A stretch of DNA of 62,947 nucleotides, the filler included, from Basidiobolus ranarum (Eukaryota): assembly GCA_040143965.1 (NCBI GenBank). It is 10 parts of 10 records of this genome, joined end to end, with 100 filler letters (N's around TTAATTAATTAA, not from the genome) between each part and the next. Parts side by side here need not be neighbours in the genome. Positions count along the whole stretch, not along the records: positions 12,637 to 18,849 come from JASJQH010001376.1; positions 18,950 to 25,162 come from JASJQH010001377.1; positions 25,263 to 31,469 come from JASJQH010001378.1; 7 more parts are not named here. The stretch is one strand, 5' to 3'. The notes below the pieces were generated by a model, which worked only from the letters and a program-made list of their open reading frames with translations, was not told the DNA's origin and ran no database searches. This document shows, in pieces, positions 13,701-26,209 of the stretch; within the stretch, counting starts at the first letter, position 1, and each line of letters begins with the position of its first letter. Both the position numbers and the translations under genes were made by a program.

Positions 13701-16244
13701 CTATCCGAAGATAAGTCGTAACACCAGATAACTAACACACCCAATGAACTTGATCAGAGAGATGAAAGTGACCGACCAGAAGATGAATGCTAAATAACCA
13801 TCACCGCTTCCACCACCTGAGATAATACCGATCAGATAGATGGCATTAGAAATGATCCACAATAAGACAACTCGCGTACGGAAGAGCTTGTAGTAGTCCT
13901 CCTTCTGGGTGGAGGCATCCAACACTTCGATCTTGGGCTCCGGTCGAATCCGCAGTTCACTCTCCAAACGATCATATATAGCATTGATGTCGGTTTTCTC
14001 CGTTGGTACTTCCACTTCAGCTACTTCAACACCTTGGTTGTTGGTGGTGGAGGTGACATTACCGTGGGCAGGTGTGTGTGTTTCAACCTTGTTATCTCCC
14101 TTGGTGCCCCATGATACATCGTGAGTGTTACAGAAAGCATACACCATAAGGATATTGATGAACGAGGGGAAGATGAAGATAAACTGTATGAAACTCGTGA
14201 AAATATGCCAAGGCTCGAGGTAAAGGAATGATGAGGCGATGTACAACCCATACGTAGAAGCAAGTGCTATGAAAATATTGGTACTCTGAGAGGTAAAAGG
14301 ATGTGCTTGGAGGGATGCCATGGCCGAATGATCCTTGAAGTAAACTACGAGATTGAAGATGATGGTATAGGTAATGACGAGCATGACAAAGGCAAAGAGG
14401 TAGACGCAAATGAGATATATCGAACGAGATCCTTGAGGGCGATTGCCAAGAGCAAGAATAAATTGGACAATAATTCCAATGCAGAATAGATCTCGAACAA
14501 TAGGGTAGATCACCCAAGAGGCACCAAAGAAAGGGTCTGGGTGACCAGGCTCTCGGTGTTTGATGATGTGACCACTTTTATCTCTAGGAATGGAGTTGAA
14601 AGTCACGAAATAGAAAATGAGGAAGAAGTTACCAATCGAAAACCAGCTAAATACGAGATTGATCAAACTATACACAAACTCGATCATAAACAAGAATTTT
14701 CGACCACTTCCGTGACTAGTTTTGAAGATTTGAAACCAATGGACCATGGAAAAGAAAGCAGCAAAGAGGGAACCGTTTAACCAACGACGACGCTGTGAAA
14801 TAAACTCTGGCCAGGAATCAGGCGCGTCCGTCTCGGCCGTGGCTGATTTCACATACTTCAACACCCACTTGCAATTCTTCTTAGCAACCAGCTCGAAACA
14901 CAAAATACGATCTTCAGCTAGATACATATTGGCTTCAAAGATGCCACCGGTAGCATTAGGGCCATGCATTGACTCGCCCTTGAAATAGGAAGCAAGTGGT
15001 CCAACTCCAGGTGCGGAGTTCTTTAAAGCTGCATATCTGTAAGCAGAAAAGGCACCTGGAAGTACACTTATGAATCCAAAGACACTCTCCAGGGGCTTGT
15101 CGAGAATGTTACTCATCTTGTATTCGAAATTTTGGGCAGCGGTCAGCGGGTTGAGTAGATTCTTCCAACCACGACCTAGTTCGACACAGATCTCACCGCA
15201 GGCACCACCCAAATTCGGATCACGATCAAAAGCCTTCCATAAATGGTAGATAGATGTGCCACTTGGTTTGGTCCCAACGTCCAAAAGCACACAAATGTTT
15301 GGATTAAGCAATGGAGCGAATGCGTTGAAAAACCAACGATGGGAATTCAGTTTCTTGGCATTCTTTTCCTTGAGACAGAAAAGGATCTGGATGGGATCCA
15401 TATTCTTCTCTTTGATGCTGTGAACGTTGAATTCCTCATCGACATACTTTTGGGTGGAGAATTCGTAGATATGCGATGTCACTGGTTTGCCGTTGACCGA
15501 GCTCTGATTAATGCCTTCTTGATAGACACCCATAAGACCCAGAACCTGTAGCACACGAGGGTGGATCTTGGCGCGACCGTCAGACACAATGCACACCACC
15601 GCCTTTTGCCAACCATTATTACCCCAAACACGGGATTTGGAGCGTTTACACAAATGATGAATGTTCTTTAGGACACCAGAGAAAGTTTTGATGAATAGGC
15701 CTTCATCCTCATTGTACATGGTCATTACAATGAATAACTCCGTGGATCTTCCGTAAAGCGCCGGTCTCAGGGTATAACGTTCTTTCAAGAAATCATTAGG
15801 ATCGCAGGTAGCAGCGGTATAACGCATGTGCGTAAATTCTTCATGATCCGTGAACGGGACATTTTGCATCACTTTATCAGGAACAGGGCAGTCAAGGACC
15901 AGGTTACCCGAGGTAAGTTCTACGTAGTGCATATTTTGCTTTCTCTCTTCCATGAATTGTTGATACCTTCTGGCATTAGGCGGGGGAGCATTGCGATTAT
16001 CATACAAGTCTTCGATGGTGGAGGAGACAAGAGTTGGCTGAATAAGATGATTCTTCTCCAGAGTGCTTTCCTCCAGGTTAATCTCATCACCCTCAGACAT
16101 CATGGATGATCTCGGAGTATATTCAAAAGGGTTTTCAATCATTTCGTCTTCTGCGTAAGGTTGGACATTTTCGGCTGAAGGCATTGGGGACCTGCCATAC
16201 GAATGTTGGGGATCATATGAATGATTATTGAAGGGATCGGACAT
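13701..16244 (-). CDS. Chitin synthase, division 1 (class I/II-like), intronless, 847 aa
   Basis: Motifs RYTAATCDP, TMYNED, DVGT, QNFEYK, LPGA, LAEDRIL and QRRRW, followed by multiple C-terminal TM segments. Confidence 0.97.
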   Translation of the reverse strand: MSDPFNNHSYDPQHSYGRSPMPSAENVQPYAEDEMIENPFEYTPRSSMMSEGDEINLEESTLEKNHLIQPTLVSSTIEDLYDNRNAPPPNARRYQQFMEERKQNMHYVELTSGNLVLDCPVPDKVMQNVPFTDHEEFTHMRYTAATCDPNDFLKERYTLRPALYGRSTELFIVMTMYNEDEGLFIKTFSGVLKNIHHLCKRSKSRVWGNNGWQKAVVCIVSDGRAKIHPRVLQVLGLMGVYQEGINQSSVNGKPVTSHIYEFSTQKYVDEEFNVHSIKEKNMDPIQILFCLKEKNAKKLNSHRWFFNAFAPLLNPNICVLLDVGTKPSGTSIYHLWKAFDRDPNLGGACGEICVELGRGWKNLLNPLTAAQNFEYKMSNILDKPLESVFGFISVLPGAFSAYRYAALKNSAPGVGPLASYFKGESMHGPNATGGIFEANMYLAEDRILCFELVAKKNCKWVLKYVKSATAETDAPDSWPEFISQRRRWLNGSLFAAFFSMVHWFQIFKTSHGSGRKFLFMIEFVYSLINLVFSWFSIGNFFLIFYFVTFNSIPRDKSGHIIKHREPGHPDPFFGASWVIYPIVRDLFCIGIIVQFILALGNRPQGSRSIYLICVYLFAFVMLVITYTIIFNLVVYFKDHSAMASLQAHPFTSQSTNIFIALASTYGLYIASSFLYLEPWHIFTSFIQFIFIFPSFINILMVYAFCNTHDVSWGTKGDNKVETHTPAHGNVTSTTNNQGVEVAEVEVPTEKTDINAIYDRLESELRIRPEPKIEVLDASTQKEDYYKLFRTRVVLLWIISNAIYLIGIISGGGSGDGYLAFIFWSVTFISLIKFIGCVSYLVLRLIFG

Positions 16245-16808
16245 GTAGAAGGAAAGGGTATTCGAGGTTAGAGTAAAATTAGGAGGTTTAGACTGGAAAT
16301 GTTAGATAAAAGACCTAAGTTCTCTGGGTAGAGAAAACAAGCACCTAGAGGAAAAGCAACAGAGGTGAAGGTAGATGTATTTTGTTGTCCTCTCAAGGCA
16401 ATAAATAACTGTCCAGAACAATAACAATAGTAGCCAATTGGGAGATAAAAGATTTGTTGATCATTAATGATCCTGAGACGAAAGCTCAGCAATCTCATTG
16501 GATCTCAAGAAATCATCTATAAATCAGGTTGGCAGTAATTTTAGCACGACTTCATCAATCAACAGGCTAGAATGGTTGAATAAATAGCAGGCAATTTGAC
16601 CAGTTATCATGATTCTGATTTAACACACGTTTTAGGAAACTAAGCCGGATTGAATACGAAACTTAGTTGAGACGAAAGCGGTGGATGTAAATAACCCAGA
16701 GTGGTTTGGAACATTCTTCATTAGAAATCTACATCCAAGTCAGGTAATGTTAGTCTATTTGCACCATCTACACACAAAGGGTTCATTACTCCCACATCTG
16801 TCGACTTA

Positions 16809-16897
16809 ATTTATCTATACACATTCTTTAGAGCTACTATTTATCTATGCACATTCTTTAGAGCTACTATTTATCTATGCACATTCTTTAGAGCTAC
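16809..16897. repeat. 30-bp tandem repeat x3
   Basis: ATTTATCTAT(A/G)CACATTCTTTAGAGCTACT repeated directly, with no spacers. Confidence 0.95.
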
Positions 16898-17337
16898 GTT
16901 GATGACAGCAGTGTTTGTAGTTGTGGTAGTAGTAGTAGTGGGGATGGCGATACATCTGAATCATACAAAGTCTCAGAATGATTCAACTTGATATCATGCA
17001 ACAAACTCTATATTCAATCGCGATGAAGACAAACTGGACTGAACATTGGACTACCAGTTTAGTGATACAACAACCGAAAGTAGTATACGATGATCAGCAT
17101 AGCGTTGCTTTCATGTGTCACGTGTGGTCGTTAAGAAATTAGGAGAATTTCTGGCTAAACGCAAGCTGTCACATTTTAAGAGATTCATCTAAACTAGTGT
17201 GTGAATTAAAACGTAACTAACTAGTGTAGTTACAAACGAATTGATAGGCCAATAAAATACTTACTGGAATAATTGCTAATAGACCTCTTATTGGACCAGG
17301 CAAAACAGCAACCGCAATGAATTCAGTATTACTATAT

Positions 17338-17429
17338 ATGTCAAGCTTCTAACCAATATATCAACATGTGAGAACCATCACTTCTAGTTTTCCAAAATAC
17401 TCCCAACAAACTTCCAAGATTCTTCAACA
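17338..17429 (+). mobile_element. 3' fragment of the copia LTR family
   Basis: Aligns with the LTR 3' end (ATGTCAA...GTGAGAACCATC...CCCAACA...TTCAACA). Confidence 0.55.
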
Positions 17430-17899
17430 AGTTTAAGCATATGCAATGATTGTGAATTGACTGAGCAGCATCCAAGAATTGAATTTTCTGGTTTGGTTTG
17501 GTATTTTGTTACCTTTATATTTTATTAGTGAAATAGATTTCTTTTGTATGTCAATATATAAAATATTTTTCAGTTAGAGCATCAAAATTCCCATAGTTGT
17601 TGGAAATATTTCAGTTCTCTAGTGATGGTTTGAGAAACAAATTTATTGTGAGTGCCAGAGACATATATTGTATAGCTAGTACTTGCCTACTCTTATATTT
17701 ATGATTAGTTACAATCCAAAACAATAGTTGTATATTCAGAAGATTAATGGTAGTAAGTAAACCAATGGGGTCTCAATTTAGGAGATTTTTAATTTAGAGG
17801 CTTGCCTTTGGCTAATTCTTGCATTGCCTTCATTGAATATTTAAAGATAAATATATATCAATAGGGGTAATATTTGTGGAACAGATGTAGTGCAGCACA

Positions 17900-18849
17900 T
17901 ACTTGAGTTTTTTGGGTGTTTGTTGGAAGTGGTTTGGAGTGTTGGAAGAATTTATGATTTTACACCCATTTTCAATTGGGTAAAAAGTTAACATTATAGT
18001 TTTGTCAAGATATCCACAAGCCAAGATATAAAATAGGTTAAGGAAGGGCCCAAGAATATGTAGTAGAGAAGAAAATCAATGGTTTGAGATATTCAGGAGT
18101 TTGTCTAATAAGAAATAACAGATAAGTGGGGGTAAAAGGCCATATTTTTTATATAGACATAGAGATATTGTTATTTTGAATATAGGGGCTGTAGATATGT
18201 TGCTTTCTATTTCTGATATATGTATCATGACTGAAGTTAACTAAGATGCTGAATAAAAATTAATTATCCATTACCTTCCCTTATTTCTTATTTAGCAATA
18301 TGCTTATATTCACTAATGCTTATGCCTGCTCTTAACTTTTCAAAGCTTGAAGTCTTGAGTGGTTTTGTTAGTTCATCTGCAAAAATGTTTTCAATATTAC
18401 ATTAAATAAAGCTCACTTCTTTGTCTTAAACTTTCTCTTGTATAAAATGAGGTCTTATGTCAATATCTTTCATCCTAGAGTGATGCTCAGGATTTTTGGT
18501 GATTTGAATATACCTAATAATGTCTGGATACATTGGGGTAGGATTAACTTGATCACATCCTAATTCCTTTTGAAGACTTCTTAGCCTTATAGCTTTTTAA
18601 ACTGCCATAGAGCTTGCCATATATTCTGCTTCTGTAGTTGACATGTAACTGTTTGTAGTTCCTTACTAGTCCAGCTTATTGGTTGACCAACAAGCTTAAA
18701 AATATATCCAGTTCTGGACTTATGATCTTCTGTGTAGTTGTTGGAGGATCTTGACATAATGGGGGTAGACTTTGAGTATTAGAAGCAACTTATGATAGTG
18801 TGTTTTAGTTACTTTATTCTTAAGAGTATATGGTAACTTATATAGTAGA
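17900..18849 (-). mobile_element. Degenerate Ty1/copia retrotransposon 3' end (RNase H, PPT, 3' LTR)
   Basis: Minus-strand translation with stops and a frameshift: KSRTGYIF..ISWTSK..STTEAEY..KDIDIRPHF..ADELTKPL. A purine-rich tract at about 18290-18274 is followed by a segment homologous to the solo LTRs (about 18270-17900). Confidence 0.88.
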
Positions 18850-18949
18850 NNNNNNNNNNNNNNNNNNNNNNNNNNNNNNNNNNNNNNNNNNNNTTAATTA
18901 ATTAANNNNNNNNNNNNNNNNNNNNNNNNNNNNNNNNNNNNNNNNNNNN
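18850..18949. other. Artificial contig spacer
   Basis: 44 N + TTAATTAATTAA + 44 N. Confidence 0.99.
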
Positions 18950-18950
18950 G

Positions 18951-21900
18951 CAAAAAGCCTGGGCAGATGTGCTAAACATTGACCCTAATCAGATAGGAAC
19001 CACCGACTCATTCTATCATCTGGGTGGTGATTCCATTTCAGCTATTCAAGTATCATCCATGTGTCGCCAAATGGGTGTGAAAGTATCAGTCCAAAGAATT
19101 TTGCAGTACCCCACAATCCACCAGCTAAGCAACTATGCAGAAGAGATCTCCGGTAGATTTTTAGGGTACGATGAAGTGGATGAAGGCACTGAGAACAATG
19201 TGATTCCACTCACTCCCATTCAAAGGCAGTATTTTGGTCTTGAGCAGTCAGATGTCAACCATTTCCATTTATCGTGGTTAGTGAGAGTAAAAACCCCAAT
19301 TAGAGTAGATGACTTAGAGGGAGCACTGAATAAACTCACGGCCCATCATGCAATGCTTCGCGTTCGTTTTACAAGATCGGATGGCTGCTGGAGACAACAG
19401 GTTCTACCTGCGAATGATGCCCCCATAAAAGTTACGCATTCGCGGATAGAAGACTTAGAGGAATTAAAGAATAATGTCGGTGAAATTCAAGGAACTCTCA
19501 ATCTTGAATCTGGGCCAATATCGTCCTTTGCACTTTATGATCTTCCGAATGGAGACCAGCTACTATTCATGACTATTCATCACTACATCATTGATTTGGT
19601 CTCCTGGCGTGTCATCTGGGAAGATCTGGAAAGTTTACTCCGAGGGGAGTCATTGTCTTACAAGACACTTTCATTCAAAACCTGGAGTAAACTGCTAAGG
19701 TCTCACGCAGAATCATTGGCCTTGACTGACTGGCCAGAACAAGCTCCAATAGTACCCTTGGATATTGATATTTCCAACCTACACCTCAACACTATGGATA
19801 CCGTGCAAACATTATCTTTTTCTTTACAGAAGGAGCACACTGATCTATTGTTTGGTGTCAGTAATGATGCTTATAGAACTGAGGCTGTGGATTTCATGCT
19901 TTCTTCTCTTGCGGCATCTTACTGTAAAACTTTCAATGCGCCTTCGCTGGCTATTGCTACAGAGGGACACGGTCGTGAGCCATGGGATGATTCAATTGAT
20001 ATCTCACGAACCATCGGTTGGTTTACCTCTATTTACCCAGTGAACATCTCGGTCAATGCGGATGAATCGATATTGGATATCCTTGTACGAACTAAAGATT
20101 TGCGCAAAACCATACCACACCGTGGATTCGATTATGGCCTTCTCCGCTACCTCAACGAGAAAACTTCCTCGGTATTTTCACAGGATCATCTACAGGTTGG
20201 CTTTAATTACTTGGGCAGATTCCAGCACTTGGAGAAAGCGAACTCCTTGTTACAAGATGTAACTGAGGAATATAGATTTGATTTAAACATGATCGGTCCG
20301 AAGTGGAGACGAATGAATGCTATTGAAACTGAAGTAACCATGAAACAAAACAATTTACATGCATCCATTTCATTCAGTAGTGCTCTCCATAGTAAAGAGA
20401 AGATAGATCAATGGCTTCAGTCCTGGCGTGAAATCCTCATCAAAGCAGTTGTCACATGTGCCAATACCAAGGTATCAAGCTTTACAAATTCGGACCTTCC
20501 ACTCCTATCTTTGACTTCGCCTGAAGTAGATCACTTGATCCAGAAGACAAGATTAGAATATGGAGAGGCCTTTGTCCAAGCGATTGAAGACATCTTTCCT
20601 TGTTCTTCAATCCAAGAAGGCCTAATAATTGGAAACATGAGATCACCCAATTTATATCATGTTCAAGATGTATACGAGTTGGTTGGGTGCTGGGATTTTG
20701 AGGAGTTATACTCAACTTGGAATACCGTAATTCAGGATATACCAATAATGCGAACAGTATTTGTCAACAACCCACTATCCACGCAAATATCTGGAACATA
20801 CTTGCAAGTTGTATTGAAGCACATTGATGTAAACTTGGATCATTTGTTCGTACAGAGTCGAGAGGCCGAAAACATTTTACAAGAATACCTTTCCGCAGAT
20901 GTAAGAAAAGGATTTCCCCTCGGTAAACCTAACATACGCATATGTTTAATGGAACAGAACGATGGAGGAGCAAGAATGATTATCAGTCGACATCATGCGA
21001 TAAACGATGGTTGGTCAGATAGGATAGTGATGAAGTACCTCTCCGCAGTATACAACAGAACGCCTAGACCTACTACGATTCCTTTCAGAGATTTCATAAA
21101 GTTCCATATCCTTGAACAAAAGAAGGATAAGAGTGAAAATAAGTCTGAATTTTGGAATAACTATTTGCTAAATGTTGCACCTTGTGCACTCCCGAAGCTA
21201 AGCCTCACAGACAGCCTTGCAGAGGAAGAGTCTCATTCGCAATTGCAATGTAATGCCAAAAGCAAAATTTCTATGCTAGACTTGAAGGACTACGCGAGTG
21301 AAACTGGAATAACAACATCAGTATTATTTCAAGCAGCTTGGGGATTAGTCCTTCAATCACTATATGGAATGGAGGAATGTACATACGGAACTCTAGTGAA
21401 TGGCAGAAACATTGAAATGAAAAACGTCGACCAAGTAATCGGTCCTTGTATCGATACTTTACCACTCAGGGTTATCTATGATGGTAAAATGACCGTAAGC
21501 GCCTGGCTGCAGAGCCTCTATAACCACACTATCTCCAGCATTCCACATCAGCATGTTGGGCTACAGACTATAAAGCAATCGTGTAAGACAAACGGTGCGG
21601 CGCTGGAGTTCGATTCACTTTTGAACTTCCAATTATTTGACACTTATGAATCTATTACAAGTGATTCCGAGCAGTTGTCTTTCGAATTGCAGAAAATCAT
21701 AGAGCCAACTGAATACTCTCTAGTTCTATCCATCTACGCAGGGACCGGGGAAATTAACTACCGATTGGATTATGAACATAACATTCTAATGCCTTTACAT
21801 GCAGATCTTATACTTCAGAGATTAGATGTAATTTTGGAGGCAATTATCAGCTCCAGCCAAGAAGCAACGATGGACGCAATTTCAATCGTATCCAATTACG

Positions 21901-24900
21901 AGATGGGATTAATTCTTTCGTATTCGGGAAGCAGTATAAATTATAGCGAAGTCACGGGTTCTATTCAAAGCCAAAGTGCTCAAGGTTGCATTCATACATT
22001 GTTTGAAGAACAAGTGTTACGTTCCCCAAATAATATTGCCTTGCAATTTGAACATAGCGAGTTTGCGACATATTCCGAATTGAACATTAGAGCAAACAGG
22101 TTGTCACATTTCCTTATAGCAGCAGGAGTAGGTGTGGAGTCACTTGTACCATTGTGTTTCGACAAATCGATTGAAATGGTTGTGGCAATGCTCGCAGTCA
22201 ATAAGGCTGGCGGGGCGTATGTTCCCTTGGATCCCGCAAACCCAAATGAGCGTAATCATTTTATTATCAAGGAGACCAAGGCTACTGTTATTTTGACTAC
22301 CTCTGAACACATAGCTAAGTTCGCCGGACTGGAGGTCACAACTATTATTAGCCAGAGTCATCTGTTGTTGGACCAATTGACTGATAATCCAGTCGTTGAA
22401 TTCCTCAATGATCGGAACTTGTGCTATATTATATTCACCTCCGGAACTACTGGAACTCCTAAAGGTGCCATGCTTGAGCATGCTTCTGTGGTCAACTATA
22501 TGCTAGGTCAGAGGGATAAGTGGAGCTTGGATTGTGATGATAATGTGTTGCAATTTGCCAGTTACACATTTGACGCTTCGGTAATTGAGATTCTGTGCAC
22601 ATTAATCTCGGGAGCTCGCGTTTGTATGGCTAGTAAAGAATCGCTATTGTCAAATTTGGCCTACAGTATGGAATCAATGAGAATCACATGTGCTATCCTT
22701 ACGCCCACGGTTGCTGCGGAAATACAGCCACAGGACTGCCCTAGCCTCACGAGATTAATCAGTACAGGAGAAATGATGCCAATTGCTATGCGTGATACTT
22801 GGGCATCACATGTTCAACTAATCAATGCTGGTGGCCCAACAGAATCGGCGGTAATGATATTATACAATGATAGTGTGGATCAACATACCTCATGCAGTAA
22901 CCTCGGAAGACCGCTACCCAACAACAAAATTCTTATACTCGATTCCAATCTGCGAATTGTTCCACTAGGTGCGGTTGGTGAGTTGTGTGTTTCTGGTATC
23001 CAGCTTGCACGAGGATATCTCAATAGGCCGGATCTAACCAAAAATACCTTTATTGACAATCCTTTCGCTCCCGGGGAGAGACTCTACCTCACCGGCGACT
23101 TGGCTAGGTTCAATTATGATGGAACTATTGAGCTGGTTGGAAGAAAGGGAAATCAGATTAAGCTCCATGGTTTGAGAATCGAACTAGAGGAGATTGAGTA
23201 TATAATTCATCAACAGCCAGGTGTGAGCAGCAATTGTGTTCTTCCAGTGGTTATTAATCAAGAGACCAATCACAGGTCATTGGTAGCGTTTATAAAATTC
23301 GATATAACGGATAACAGTACCTCAAGTGAACTCGCAATTGTGACAGAACATGACGATTACATTGTTTCGCAGTTCGAAGCGATTCGTGGTCATATTTTGT
23401 CAAAACTACCGCCATATATGATGCCAAATGCTTTCGTACCAATAACCCGCCTCCCAAAAACTATCAGTGGAAAGACAGATAGAAAACTGTTAGTAAAATT
23501 AGTTGAAGATATTAGCATCGAGGATCTCTATAAGATTGGAAGGCGTGAGCGGAGTGATGATCCATCGCTTTTAACAAACAATGAAAAACAGTGGATAAGT
23601 ATATGGTCATCCGTATTGGGCTTGTCACCTGAATTTATAGGAAGATATGACTCATTTTTCAGCTTGGGTGGAGACTCTATTGTGGCCATCAAGTTGGTGG
23701 CGGCAGCTCGCGAACGTGGCTATCATACTACTGTCCAACAGGTATTCGAATTCCCAACGATCGCAGAGTTAGCACATCGATGCAATACTTCAGATGATGC
23801 ACACTCGGAGGTTGAGGAGATTGAAAGATACTCGTTACTACGAATCAGCCAAGAAGACGTAGAGACTTTGCTACATGGCGAGATTCAGCATAATGGTATT
23901 TCACCAGCAGATGTTGAAGACGCCTATCCCTGCGCGCCACTGCAAGAAGCTTTGTTCGCTATAGGGTTAAGGGAAAAATCGGATTATCTCACTCAACAAG
24001 TATTTATCTGCGGTGAAGAGGTCGAATTTGATCGCCTTAAAGCTGCTTGGATATCCGTTATTGAGGCTAATCCTATTCTCCGTACTACCATTGTGTTTAC
24101 AAACTCGAGTCACTCACATCTGAGCGGATTGCAGGTGATTCTAGCTAAAGAGAGTATCGACTGGAAACAAATAAACGTTAATAGTGAGGAGATGGAAGGA
24201 TCGCTCCAGGAAGTATTAGAAAGTGATCGAAAGCATGGGATTGAGACTGGGAAGTTGCTGACAAGGTTCACCGCGTTGCATAGTGAAGATGGAAAAGCAT
24301 ACTTTATATGGACAATACATCACACATTGTATGACGGGTGGTCAATGAATCTCATTCTCAACGATCTTGTGACAGCTTATCGAGGTCTAGAAATAGCTGC
24401 TAGGCCACCATACGCTCATTTCATCAATTATAATCTACAGCTTAGTAGAGAAAAATCAATTAACTACTGGTCTAATATACTTGATGGAGTTACAAGGACC
24501 TGCATATCGAAAGCTTCATTGATATCACAAAAGACAGAAGCACTCAAAGTAATCACATCGCGGATTCCAATCGACTTTTCGGAACTCACTGCTAAACACA
24601 ATATCACCTTGGCTACTATCATAAACTTGGCTTGGGCAATCGTGTTGAAATATCATACTGGGAACTCGGATGTGGTTTTCGGAGCTGTCAATTCGGGAAG
24701 AGGTGTTCCGGTGAAAGGAATTGAGCGAATCTGTGGACCTTGTATCTCCACATTACCAGTTCGTGTCAATCTTGAAGATAACCCAACTCTTCTCGAGGCG
24801 ATGATTCGTATGCGGAAAGTGCAACTAGAGCAATACCGCTACCAAAATATCGGAATGCAGGATATTCAAAAGCAGTGCGTTGGTGATCTTGGTGATACGT

Positions 24901-25162
24901 TATTCGACTCGCTTCTTGCTGTACAGAATCTTGGAATAGATGACTTAAAGCCGAGTATGAGATCGATTGGATTGGATATAGTCGATGCTACTATGACGAG
25001 CAACTATGCTGTAGTGGTGGAACTTGCGACTGGGTCTGATGAACACGAACTTTCAATTCTTTATGATGAGCAAGTTTTGCATAATGATGAAGCTAGATGG
25101 ATATTTGAGCATCTGAAGACTGCTTTAGCATCCATTGTTGACAATGCTGACACCCGCGTGGA
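18951..25162 (+). CDS. NRPS internal fragment, T-E-C-A-T-C, open at both ends
   Basis: T LGGDSI; E domain HHYIIDLVSW, EGHGRE, RTIGWFT, FNYLGRF; C HHAINDGWS; A YIIFTSGTTGTPKG, YLTGDL, SGKTDRK; T LGGDSI; C HHTLYDGWS. No introns. Confidence 0.95.
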
Positions 25163-25262
25163 NNNNNNNNNNNNNNNNNNNNNNNNNNNNNNNNNNNNNN
25201 NNNNNNTTAATTAATTAANNNNNNNNNNNNNNNNNNNNNNNNNNNNNNNNNNNNNNNNNNNN
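25163..25262. other. Artificial contig spacer
   Basis: 44 N + TTAATTAATTAA + 44 N. Confidence 0.99.
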
Positions 25263-25800
25263 GGCGTCTCCGTAGGTGCTACCGAGTCGCTGGTAGTTAT
25301 AGAATCAGTTGGTTCAGCTGTAGTTGTGGCCTCAGTCGTCTCAGTAGTTTCCGTAGGTGTAACTGAATCACTGGTGGTGATAGAATCAGTTGGTTCTATA
25401 GTAGTTGTTTCCTCAGGAGTCTCCGTAGCCTCGGTAGGAGTTACAGAGTCGCTGGTAGTGATAGAATCAGTTGGTTCAGCTGTAGTTGTGGCCTCAGTCG
25501 TCTCATCAGTTTCCGTAGGTGTAACTGAATCGCTGGTAGTGATAGAATCAGTTGGTTCTGTAGTAGTTGTGGTCTCAGTAGTCTCAGTAGTCTCGGTAGG
25601 AGTAACCGAGTCGCTGGTAGTGATAGAATCAGTTGGTTCAGCAGTAGTTGTGGCCTCAGTCGTCTCAGTAGTTTCCGTAGTTGTAACTGAATCGCTGGTA
25701 GTGATAGAATTAGTTGGTTCAGTAGTAGTTGTGGCCTCAGTAGTGTCAGTAGTCTCGGTAGGAGTTACTGACTCACTGGTGGTGGTAGGGTCAGTTGGTT
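25263..25800 (-). repeat. Coding 81-bp tandem repeat (at least 6 copies)
   Basis: GAAT(C/T)AGTTGG recurs every 81 bp (about 25302, 25383, 25464, 25545, 25626, 25707). Confidence 0.93.
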
Positions 25801-26209
25801 TGACACTCTCAATAGAAGTGGTTGGCTTGGTAGTAGCCGTTGTCTCAGTCGTCTCGGTATTCTCTGTGGTTTGGGTAGAATCTGTGGGTGTGCTCTCAGT
25901 AGATGTTGTTGAAGTGGTGGTATGTGTTGTAGTTGTCCTTATTGTGGTTGGGGTTGGAGTCGGAGGATCAGCGCAAGCATTAAGGGAGCAGGATTTGCAT
26001 TTAGAGTAATTTTTCCAGCCTTGATACTTACAGTCTACTAATGGATCTGTACATAGAACGGTAGTACCAGATACTTGACACTTCCTGGACCCGACTGAAA
26101 GTGATTTAGCACAACCTTGAGCAGCAGATCCACATTCCAAGGAGAAGTCAGTGGAACTTAAAGCCAGTCCATAGAAGGCACTCGCAAGAACAATAATTCG
26201 GGCAAACAT
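25263..26209 (-). CDS. Secreted mucin/adhesin-like protein with an 8-Cys head and Thr/Glu/Ser tandem repeats (3' truncated)
   Basis: Signal peptide MFARIIVLASAFYGLALS, eight Cys in about 55 aa, then 27-aa repeats (EPTDSITTSDSVTPTETTETTEATTTA) running into the contig end. Confidence 0.88.

Noticed and set aside
13909-16109. Short ORFs overlapping chitin synthase (and similar ones over the NRPSs, SAM synthetase and transporter)
   Set aside because: Antisense or alternate-frame by-products with no motifs.
16809-16897. 30-bp repeats as a CRISPR array or repeat-peptide precursor
   Set aside because: No spacers, no cas genes, a eukaryotic context, and no signal-peptide ORF covering them.
25326-26009. 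227-aa Val/Ser-rich plus-strand ORF
   Set aside because: Antisense shadow of the Thr-rich repeat gene.
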